This document shows, one piece after another, positions 29,478 through 37,406 of a stretch of 64,000 nucleotides of DNA; the first letter of the stretch is position 1; each line of letters opens with the position of its first letter. The notes beneath the pieces are model-generated. The model was not told the origin of the DNA. It did no database searches and saw only the letters and a program-made list of their open reading frames with translations. The position numbers and the translations under genes were made by a program. The stretch is from Candidatus Falkowbacteria bacterium RIFOXYC2_FULL_36_12 (GTDB lineage: Bacteria; Patescibacteriota; Patescibacteriia; UBA11705): assembly GCA_001778235.1 (NCBI GenBank), contig MFGJ01000006.1:98092-162091 (forward strand). The letters are read 5' to 3'.

Positions 29478-30006
29478 CTACCAGTGAAATAACAAAGTAT
29501 GGTGTAGTTTCATTGGGATAGAATTGATGATGAATGTCAATACCCCAATCAAGGAATTCTGCCAAAAATTCATTAGTCAGCCATGAATTTATAAAGGCAT
29601 GGCATTCAGCTTTTTGTTTATCTGCATTACGGGTGACAATTTTTTGCAAAGCATGAGATTCGAGGAGGTCCATTGCCTCAAGTGCATCTGAAATATCATT
29701 TACAAAAAAATGAATATATTCTGTGTTAGTAATTCTGACTCTGATTGTTCGGTTGCAATCTTTTTCCCAATTATTAGTTTCTTTTACTGCATAACAGGCG
29801 ATAAGATCAGCGCTGTGGATTTCAATATAGCCAATGAGTTCAAGGTTTAGAAGTTTTTGCACTGAAGCAATGGCAGAATCACGAAATCTTAGTTTTAGCC
29901 AAGTGTTAATCGTGATTGATGCAAGTCGGTGTTCTATTGTGTTTTTGTTCATTTTTTGTCCTGTTTTTTGTTGTGAAGGTGCGTTTTTGATTTTAAATAT
30001 TATCAT
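29323..30006 (-). CDS. hypothetical protein
   Basis: ORF only; probable start MNKNTIEHRL near 29950. Confidence 0.3.
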   Translation of the reverse strand: MIIFKIKNAPSQQKTGQKMNKNTIEHRLASITINTWLKLRFRDSAIASVQKLLNLELIGYIEIHSADLIACYAVKETNNWEKDCNRTIRVRITNTEYIHFFVNDISDALEAMDLLESHALQKIVTRNADKQKAECHAFINSWLTNEFLAEFLDWGIDIHHQFYPNETTPYFVISLVDAQNIFFTLEISCWSGVLSFTNGTQIRRRFKDPTQIQQILRDQLTKYIEHL

Positions 30007-30162
30007 TATGTATAAAATTTGTCAAGTTTATGGAAAATTTAGATTGTTGTTATAATTTTTTTCTCTTTTTATATGGAGAAAACTTTGAGATACAATTCGG
30101 GAAAATGATAGTAATAATAACTATTTTTTATTCCTAGAATTACATTAAAATACCTCAATTCA

Positions 30163-30191
30163 TTGACATTTTGTGTAAAATATGATATAAT
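30163..30191 (+). promoter_or_regulatory. sigma70 consensus promoter TTGACA-17-TATAAT upstream of high-GC gene
   Basis: TTGACA 30163-30168, 17-bp spacer, TATAAT 30186-30191; followed by GGAGGG SD at 30241-30247. Confidence 0.55.
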
Positions 30192-30250
30192 TAATATTGT
30201 AACTGTTCTTTAACTTGGCGCGTTTCGCGCCATTGCCCAGGAGGGAAATC

Positions 30251-30829
30251 GTGAAGAGCTTCCGAATGGTGTCGCTGATCGTGTTGGTTCTGGTCGTGAC
30301 CGCGGGTGGGGGGCAGAAATGCTCCCCGCCGGTGCCGATGGAGGATACCTGCAACGAGATCGCGTCCGAGTGCAACTCGGACGACGACTGCTGTTCCGGC
30401 TTCTGCTGGACCAGCAGTGAGTTCTTCGGCTCGCAGAAGTCCTGCCAGCCGAACGACAATCTCCACTGCAGTCAGGACACTGACTGCAGGATTGGAGACT
30501 TCTGCGCCGAAGACGGCTTCTGCGTCCAGAACGCAGGACCGTGCGTTAGCGAATGGACGCAGTCGTGCAACATCGGCGGACCCGTCGATTTCACCGAGTG
30601 CGTTCGCGCTCGGAGCGGAGAACTTCACCAGCGGGTCTTCACCTGCAACAGTGGGTTGACCTGCGTGTTCATCTCGCAGGAGCAGGTACAGTGCCAGCCA
30701 GTCGTAGATCACGAGTACACGCAGTGTAGCGATGGCGCTGACTGCGCGGACGGTTCGTTCTTGTGCGAAAATGGTCGGTGCGAACTGGAATGTCGGGACG
30801 ACAGTGACTGTCGGACCGAGGAAGGCTAG
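30251..30829 (+). CDS. secreted Cys-rich repeat protein, N-terminal part up to in-frame TAG (high-GC island)
   Basis: GTG 30251 / ATG 30266 after SD; signal-peptide-like MVSLIVLVLVVTAGG; C-x4-C-x2-G-x-C-x2-G-x-C repeats; ~65% GC. Confidence 0.5.
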   Translation: MKSFRMVSLIVLVLVVTAGGGQKCSPPVPMEDTCNEIASECNSDDDCCSGFCWTSSEFFGSQKSCQPNDNLHCSQDTDCRIGDFCAEDGFCVQNAGPCVSEWTQSCNIGGPVDFTECVRARSGELHQRVFTCNSGLTCVFISQEQVQCQPVVDHEYTQCSDGADCADGSFLCENGRCELECRDDSDCRTEEG

Positions 30830-30952
30830 TTCTGCTACCGCTTCAGCGGGACCTGTCGGTACTCGGAGAACGGCCACTACTGCAACAGCTCGGACCAGTG
30901 TCCGGGCTACATCACCGAGGCCAACCAGTTCCCGATCAACAACCAGCTCTGT

Positions 30953-31675
30953 GTGCAGGGGGACTGTAGCACGAGCTACGGTCCCTGCGGTAACTCCAGC
31001 TACCAGATGTGCGATGACGAGAATAATGTCAACATCTGGAGCTGCGTCCAGACCAGCGAAGACGACTGGGTCTGGACGCATAGCATGTGTCCGGATGACA
31101 TGCGCTGTGTGGAATACGCACTCGGTCTTGGCATCTGTCAGTTCCAGGCCCTGCCGGAAAGCAAGATCATGGTTCAGCGCTTGAGTAGCAGTACGATGTT
31201 GATCTACGGCGCGGAGAACACCATGATCAGCTTCAACCTGATCAACTACCCGGTGGACCAGGAGAACAACGGCGAGACCGCTCTCGTGACATCGGTCACT
31301 ATTTCGGTGCTGATGTCGAGCGAAGAGTACAATCGCCTGTTGAATTGCAGCTTGAGGTCCTTGTCGTCGTGGCAGATGCTCGACTTCACGGATATCATCG
31401 AGTTGCGGAACAGAGATGACGGAAGTTCGTTCGCCGTCATCAACTTCTCGCTGACCAACGGCTACATGGTCCCGGCTGGAGTGAGTTCTCCTTTGACTGT
31501 TCAGTGCTTCATCGCGCCGAGCAGCCAGATCTACGAGCCCGAGGCAGTGCAATCCGGGTTCATTCCCAGCCTGGGGACCAGTCCTGGGACCGCGATCGTG
31601 GTCTACGGACGAGAGAGTGGTGAGCGCCTCCTGGTCGAGCCTGACCAGGATGTGTTCAACACCCTGACCAACTGA
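30953..31675 (+). CDS. C-terminal continuation of the same high-GC gene (same frame as 30251..30829; Cys repeats then ~200 aa Cys-poor domain)
   Basis: same reading frame as upstream ORF, only one TAG (30827-30829) between them; repeat register continues across the TAG. Confidence 0.5.
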   Translation: MQGDCSTSYGPCGNSSYQMCDDENNVNIWSCVQTSEDDWVWTHSMCPDDMRCVEYALGLGICQFQALPESKIMVQRLSSSTMLIYGAENTMISFNLINYPVDQENNGETALVTSVTISVLMSSEEYNRLLNCSLRSLSSWQMLDFTDIIELRNRDDGSSFAVINFSLTNGYMVPAGVSSPLTVQCFIAPSSQIYEPEAVQSGFIPSLGTSPGTAIVVYGRESGERLLVEPDQDVFNTLTN

Positions 31676-31870
31676 TCCTTCCTAAGAAGTTCTTTCATCC
31701 CAATTCAGGGACAACAAACCTTAAAACAGGAAAGCTTCCACTCAATGAGTCGGGAGTTTTTCTTTTTGAAATAGTAATATTGAAATATTGTGATAATGAA
31801 ATATTGGGTGATTGTATTGGAATGTTGACAAAACATCTGAACACGACAATAATATAATGAAAGAAAATAT

Positions 31871-32479
31871 TTGGAATTGCGTAATATATTTATAACTATG
31901 TCTACTAAAATAGTAGAAAAAACTGATGCTGAATTAGTTGAGTTAGCGCTTGAAAACCAAGCGTATTTTTCGGATATTGTTTATAGGTATCAAACAAAAC
32001 TGACTTATTATATCAGGCGATTATCAAATTTTCCTGATGAAGAAATAGAGGATATTTTACAGGATGTTTTTATCAAAGTTTATAAAAATCTGAACGATTT
32101 TGATCAAAGTTTAAAATTTTCTTCATGGATTTATCGTATTACCCATAATGAGGTTATCAGCAAATATAGAAAAATAAAACAACAAAATATTATTTCGATT
32201 GAAATTCTTACTGATGATATTTTGAATAAATTGGAACATGAAGTAAGTATTGTAGAAACATTAGAAAATAATGAAAAAAAGGAAATTATAAAGCAGGTTT
32301 TAGCTCTGATGGATTTAAAATATCGCGAAGTTTTGGTACTAAAATATTTTGAAGAATTGGACTATAAAGAAATTTCCGATGTTTTGAAGAAACCAACTGG
32401 TACGATTGCCACTTTACTTAACAGAGCTAAGAAACAATTTAATAAAACATGCATTGATCTAAACCTAAAATATGAATGA
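31871..32479 (+). CDS. ECF-type RNA polymerase sigma-70 family sigma factor
   Basis: region 2 (DVFIKVYKNLNDFD...FSSWIYRITHNEVI) and region 4 HTH (YKEISDVLKKPTGTIATLLNRAKKQF); probable start MSTKIV at 31898. Confidence 0.75.
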   Translation: MELRNIFITMSTKIVEKTDAELVELALENQAYFSDIVYRYQTKLTYYIRRLSNFPDEEIEDILQDVFIKVYKNLNDFDQSLKFSSWIYRITHNEVISKYRKIKQQNIISIEILTDDILNKLEHEVSIVETLENNEKKEIIKQVLALMDLKYREVLVLKYFEELDYKEISDVLKKPTGTIATLLNRAKKQFNKTCIDLNLKYE

Positions 32480-33200
32480 GAACAATTTAGTAGATAAAAT
32501 TTCAGAACAAATCAAGAAAGAAAACATAGAGCCTAAATCAAAGTGGGGTTTTGTTTTCAAGTCTTATTTTTTCTGGGTAATGTTTGCTACGGCCCTATTT
32601 TTCGGAAGCTTGGCTTGTGGAATAATTTTTTTCTTGAGTCAAAATAGTATTGTTCTTGGCGAAGAAAAGATAAAGGTATTGTCACTGGTGATCGGATTTT
32701 GGTTTGTTGCTTTGACTGTTTTGATATATTTATCTTATCTTAATTTTCAGCATACCAAGCATGGATACAAATATAATCAATTGTTAGTTGTTGTTATTTG
32801 TGTTTTTGCAAGTGTAGCGATTGGCTTTGGTCTTTATAGTTATGCTGACATGAGGATTGTTGAGAATTCAATGTATAATAAATTTCCAATGTATCGTCAG
32901 GTTTTTAAACAAGGCTTCAAAAATTCCTTTAAGCCTGATGAAGGAAATTTATTGGGTGTTGTGATGGAAATAGGTGACCAGCAGTTTTTGCTTGATGACA
33001 TTCGTGGACAGGATTGGCAGATATTATTTAAAAATGTCCAGCAATTGAAAAGAGGGGAAAGAGTTCATGTAATTGGACGAGTTTTGGTTAAACCAGCGGA
33101 TAGAATGGGATTTATTATGTTTGAAGCTGATGATGTTTTGCCAATGCTACGAGGACCGATGTTTTGTGTGTCTGAAATGCCATGTTTTGAAAGAAAATAA
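32472..33200 (+). CDS. membrane protein, candidate anti-sigma factor (by position only)
   Basis: start overlaps sigma-factor stop (ATGA), 3-4 TM helices. Confidence 0.35.
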   Translation: MNENNLVDKISEQIKKENIEPKSKWGFVFKSYFFWVMFATALFFGSLACGIIFFLSQNSIVLGEEKIKVLSLVIGFWFVALTVLIYLSYLNFQHTKHGYKYNQLLVVVICVFASVAIGFGLYSYADMRIVENSMYNKFPMYRQVFKQGFKNSFKPDEGNLLGVVMEIGDQQFLLDDIRGQDWQILFKNVQQLKRGERVHVIGRVLVKPADRMGFIMFEADDVLPMLRGPMFCVSEMPCFERK

Positions 33201-33325
33201 ATCTAGTGGCGTATTACTTGATGAGAATTAAATGGCCATTAAATTTGTTAATAAATAAATAGAGTCTATTTGAGAATCAAGTCAAGTCATTGATTTTTCT
33301 TGTTTGCAAGTAGAGTCAAACTAAT

Positions 33326-33997
33326 ATGAAGGAAAATGAAGAAAACAAAAATAAAGAAAAATTAAAAAAAGAGGAAAAGGAATTTAAGACTTATAATTAC
33401 TACTTGGCGGTTGTGATTATTGCTATACTAGTAACTACAATTGGTGTAACTTCATACGCATCAGCTGACGATGGGGAAAGCAATGAAAATAATTATGAAG
33501 GTCCGCGATATAGAATGGAACAAGGGCAGGAAATGAAGTCTGCTCTTGAAAATAATGATTATGACGCTTGGAAGCAAGCGCTTGGTGACAGATTTCCTGC
33601 AGATAAAATCAATGAACAAACATTTAGTAAATTGGTTGAATCATTCAAACTTCGTCAAGCAGGTGATTTTGAGCAGTCAAGAGTAATAATGGAGGAGTTG
33701 GGTATTTCTGGTCCAAAGGGAATGCATGGAGAAAAAAAGTTTAATCTAGAGAACCATCAGGCGATGATGGAGGCACTTGATAAGGCTGATTATGATACTT
33801 GGAAACAATTGATTGTTGACAGTCCAATGGCAGAAAAGATTACAGAGGAAAACTTTGCTAAGTTTGCAGATGCTCATAATCTAATGAAACAAGGAAAATT
33901 TGAAGAAGCTAGACAAATTAGAGAAGATTTGGGTTTACAAAGATCAGGGAATAAGATGATGGAGCGAGTTGGCGGGAAACACCAATTTGTAAAATAA
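33326..33997 (+). CDS. hypothetical secreted protein with an internal ~70-aa duplication
   Basis: repeat EMKSALENNDYDAWKQALGDRFPADKINEQTFSKLVESFKLRQAGDFEQSR vs HQAMMEALDKADYDTWKQLIVDSPMAEKITEENFAKFADAHNLMKQGKFEEAR. Confidence 0.4.
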   Translation: MKENEENKNKEKLKKEEKEFKTYNYYLAVVIIAILVTTIGVTSYASADDGESNENNYEGPRYRMEQGQEMKSALENNDYDAWKQALGDRFPADKINEQTFSKLVESFKLRQAGDFEQSRVIMEELGISGPKGMHGEKKFNLENHQAMMEALDKADYDTWKQLIVDSPMAEKITEENFAKFADAHNLMKQGKFEEARQIREDLGLQRSGNKMMERVGGKHQFVK

Positions 33998-34064
33998 TTC
34001 TTAAGTCAGACATTATAAAACTATTAGCTTTTGGCTAGTAGTTTTTTGATTACAGCAAAGCAAA

Positions 34065-34115
34065 CCCCAGACCTGCCTTCATCAAGATTACGGCAGGCAA
34101 GCCCCGAGGCTTGGC
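34065..34115. repeat. family A dispersed hairpin repeat copy
   Basis: CCCCAGACCTGCCTTCATCAAGATTACGGCAGGCAAGCCCCGAGGCTTGGC. Confidence 0.6.
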
Positions 34116-34237
34116 ATGTTTTGTGATTTGAAGTTTAAAATAGCAGAAATTATGAATACGACTGTTTGCTTGTTTTGTCAAGTTTGAGGGTTTAAATTAA
34201 TGAAGTATAATTAATAGATGAAAAATAATCTAAATTT

Positions 34238-34810
34238 ATGAAAAAAATTGTATTTGACATAGAAACAAAAAATTCATTTGCTGAAGTTGGTAATAATATA
34301 TCAGGTTTTGAAATTTCGGTTGTTGGTTTATATGATTCTGAAAGAGATGTTTATGAGAGTTATTTTGAACAGGATTTTGTTAATCTTTGGCCAATCTTGG
34401 AGCAAGCTGACATGCTAATTGGATTTAATTCCAATAGTTTTGATATTCCGATTTTGAATAAGTACTATTCTGGTGATCTGACCAAAATAAAAAGCTTGGA
34501 TATTTTGCAGGAAATTTATCAAGTAATGGACAAAAGAACCTCACTAGATTCAATTGCCGAGGCAACTTTGGGTGTAAATAAGTCTGGACATGGTCTTCAG
34601 GCGATTGAGTGGTGGAAAAGTCAGGAGTTGGAAAAATTAAAAAATTATTGTCTTGATGATGTAAAAATTACCAAGCAAATTTATGATTTTACGCGAGAGA
34701 ATAACTTTTTGCTTTATACAAAACAAGGAGAAATTAGGAAAGTCCAAATTGATGCAACAAATTGGGAAAAAAAATTAGAGACAAAAATAAACCTCACATT
34801 ACCAATTTAA
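34238..34810 (+). CDS. DEDDy-type 3'-5' exonuclease (RNase H-like superfamily)
   Basis: Exo I FDIET, Exo II GFNSNSFDIPIL, Exo III YCLDDVKIT. Confidence 0.55.
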   Translation: MKKIVFDIETKNSFAEVGNNISGFEISVVGLYDSERDVYESYFEQDFVNLWPILEQADMLIGFNSNSFDIPILNKYYSGDLTKIKSLDILQEIYQVMDKRTSLDSIAEATLGVNKSGHGLQAIEWWKSQELEKLKNYCLDDVKITKQIYDFTRENNFLLYTKQGEIRKVQIDATNWEKKLETKINLTLPI

Positions 34811-34885
34811 ATCTGGTTTATAGATTATAGTTGTTGAATATGATAAAATTAAAATACAAAAAAATGTTTCCAGAATTAGGAAACA

Positions 34886-35440
34886 TTAGATAATACCAAG
34901 TTGAGTCAAGATAAATTCCCAGCCGAAGTAGTTTGGAAGTAAAAATAAGACAAGTAAAAAAATCACTGATAGTTCTGTACCTGGTGGTGCATTATCTGCG
35001 GTCAGAAGTGCAGTAATAAGAAAAACATCAACCATAGTAAGAACCATTCCAAGATAAATTGCTGACGAATTGAGCAAGGCATCAATCAGAGTTGAAGTGA
35101 ATGAGATTTGAAAATTAAAAATGAATGTAAAACAAATGGTAAAGATCAAAATTATTAGTAAGCTGATGAGTAGTTTTGTTGAGAAATAAACATTCAAATA
35201 TTTTGGCTGAAGTTGCCAGGGATCTGTTCTGAAAATTTCATCTGTATGGATGTCTTTAATTTCAGTTGAGTAGGATCCTTGTCCTTTGAGATTTTCAGCT
35301 GTAATTATGAAATATTTTTCTACAAGATTTAGATTGGTGCTGGTAGAAATATAAACCTTTTTGAAGCCAATAATTTTCAATAGAGAGTCTAGAATTTTAA
35401 TAGCAAAATTGAGCACCTTTGACCAACGGGTTGGTTCCAT
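34886..35440 (-). CDS. hypothetical membrane protein
   Basis: ORF with TM helices. Confidence 0.35.
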   Translation of the reverse strand: MEPTRWSKVLNFAIKILDSLLKIIGFKKVYISTSTNLNLVEKYFIITAENLKGQGSYSTEIKDIHTDEIFRTDPWQLQPKYLNVYFSTKLLISLLIILIFTICFTFIFNFQISFTSTLIDALLNSSAIYLGMVLTMVDVFLITALLTADNAPPGTELSVIFLLVLFLLPNYFGWEFILTQLGII

Positions 35441-35506
35441 GTGTTCTCCTCTCGGTTACGCGGTGAAAAGAACTTTAATTAATAAAAATAACATATAATA
35501 AAGTTT

Positions 35507-36400
35507 ATGTCAATTAAGAATTATCAACCATTACTAATTTTACCATTTGATCATCGATCAACATTTGCCAAGAACATACTAGGGTTAGAGGGTAAAATAT
35601 CAGCTTCTGATAAGAAAAAGATTAAAATTTTCAAAGCTATTATATATGAAGCATTTGAATCAGTGGTTGAAAATTATGAAAATGAATTGGATCAATTTGG
35701 TATCTTGGTTGATGAGGAATATGGTCAGCCATTGATTCGCCCAGCAAAAAGACTTGGGGTTAAGCTAATAATTCCAGTAGAAAAAAGTGGGCAAGAAGAA
35801 TTTCAGTTCGAGTTCGGGACAGCTTTTGGTACTCATCTAAAAGTTTATCGACCTGATTTTGTAAAAGTCTTAGTCCGTTATAATCCAGCTAATAAACGAA
35901 TAAATCAAAATCAATTAAAAAGATTGAAAAAACTTAGTGATTTTTGTGTTAAAAATGATTTCAAGTTGTTGTTTGAAATGTTGGTAATACCGACTGAAAA
36001 CGATTTGGAAAAAGCTGGTTCAGTTAAGCTATTTGAAACAAAGCTTCGAGCTGATTTGACGGTACAAGCAATCAAAGAAATCAGAAAGCAAGTAACAGTA
36101 GATATTTGGAAGCTTGAAGGATTTACAAAATCTGGCTGGACAAAAGTATTAAAGGCGATTGATAAAAATTCACGAGTAATAGTGCTGGGACGCGGTGAAA
36201 ATGATCAAAATGTCAAAGATTGGCTTCGGTCAGCAAGTTCTTTTCCGCAAATTGTTGGTTTTGCTGTTGGTAGAACAATTTTTTTAAAGGCATTGCAGGA
36301 TTTCAATAAACTAAAAATAAATCGAGAACAAACAATTGATCGGATTGCCAGAAAATTTAGATTTTATGTGAAGTTTTGGAGACGATATAAGGAATTGTAG
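35507..36400 (+). CDS. hypothetical protein (possibly TIM-barrel aldolase-like; weak)
   Basis: ORF; LLILPFDHRSTF N-terminal motif. Confidence 0.3.
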   Translation: MSIKNYQPLLILPFDHRSTFAKNILGLEGKISASDKKKIKIFKAIIYEAFESVVENYENELDQFGILVDEEYGQPLIRPAKRLGVKLIIPVEKSGQEEFQFEFGTAFGTHLKVYRPDFVKVLVRYNPANKRINQNQLKRLKKLSDFCVKNDFKLLFEMLVIPTENDLEKAGSVKLFETKLRADLTVQAIKEIRKQVTVDIWKLEGFTKSGWTKVLKAIDKNSRVIVLGRGENDQNVKDWLRSASSFPQIVGFAVGRTIFLKALQDFNKLKINREQTIDRIARKFRFYVKFWRRYKEL

Positions 36401-36472
36401 AGAGAAATTCAGTGTATTGACAAAACTGTGAAAATTTGTTAAAGTATGTTTTGTTGTATTGTTTTTTGATTC

Positions 36473-36706
36473 ATGCGCAACCAAGACGGAGGCAAGAAAG
36501 TGAAGCCAACAGAAAAATGGGATAATGATTGGAGTCTTGGAAATAATGATGAAGAAATGCCGGATTGGGGTGAGAAATGGCCACCTGAAACTGATACTGG
36601 TTGGTTTCTAAAGGTTCTGTTTGGCTTGAGTCTTTTGATAGTTTTGTTCCTTATTTATGGAATAATTGAGTATCAGTGGTTGAAACACATTTTTTCTACA
36701 CCGTAG
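36473..36706 (+). CDS. hypothetical small protein with C-terminal TM helix
   Basis: ORF only. Confidence 0.25.
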   Translation: MRNQDGGKKVKPTEKWDNDWSLGNNDEEMPDWGEKWPPETDTGWFLKVLFGLSLLIVLFLIYGIIEYQWLKHIFSTP

Positions 36707-36715
36707 TAGGCAGAG

Positions 36716-36988
36716 ATGGCTGTCAGGAAAATTAGACTTTATGTCAAGATTGAAAGTATGAATTTCAGATTTAAGCTGTTTTTATTTCCATATTTGTTTA
36801 TGCGTTACATTGTCATAGAGGGACAATTCAAAAATTGTATTATTGAAATGCCATTAGTTGGGAATACAATTGAAAGTTGTGAAAGATTCAAAGAACATGT
36901 GATAGAAGTTTGGTATTCGGATAAATCAAAATATTTTTATCTGACTGAAGGTGAAGCCATGACTTTTGAAAGAGATATGTGTCAATAA
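36716..36988 (+). CDS. hypothetical small protein
   Basis: ORF only. Confidence 0.25.
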   Translation: MAVRKIRLYVKIESMNFRFKLFLFPYLFMRYIVIEGQFKNCIIEMPLVGNTIESCERFKEHVIEVWYSDKSKYFYLTEGEAMTFERDMCQ

Positions 36989-37223
36989 AAAAAATGATTC
37001 ATAATGTGGACCATTTTTTTAATTTAAAAAATAATCAGCGATAGCTGGGATATATGTTTTTAGATGAGTAAATGAAAGTAGTGGTCAACAGTTTAATCTA
37101 AATGTAAGTGATTGATAAAGCTTCGCTTGCTACTTTTTGATGGCAAAAAGTAGCCAAAAACCATTGGGGGCTTTAATTGCTACTTATGAAAACCATTTTA
37201 TATTTTGAACACGGCAAGAAAGC

Positions 37224-37400
37224 CCCCAAACCTGCCTTCATCAAGATTACGGCAGGCAAGCCCGAGGCTAAACATGTTAGGGGGGGGAATGTATGCGTTA
37301 GATGTTATTGTTGTTTATATGTTTAAATTTGTCACTCTGAACTTGCTCGTCATGCACTTAAACTTGTTTATAGTGCATGGTTTCAGAGTATAAAGGGATA
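37224..37400. repeat. intergenic composite repeat: family A hairpin + family B element in reverse orientation
   Basis: 37224-37280 family A; 37327-37395 shares termini AAATTTGTCACTCTGAACTTGCT...TTTCAGAGTATAAAGGGAT with 52272-52345. Confidence 0.6.
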
Positions 37401-37406
37401 GTTTGA

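Noticed and set aside
30191-31552. 453-aa minus-strand ORF spanning the high-GC island
   Set aside because: Long stop-free frames are expected by chance in ~65% GC DNA. Its translation is Arg/Ala/Val-rich low complexity. The + strand frame has an SD, a promoter, a signal peptide and an ordered Cys-repeat structure.
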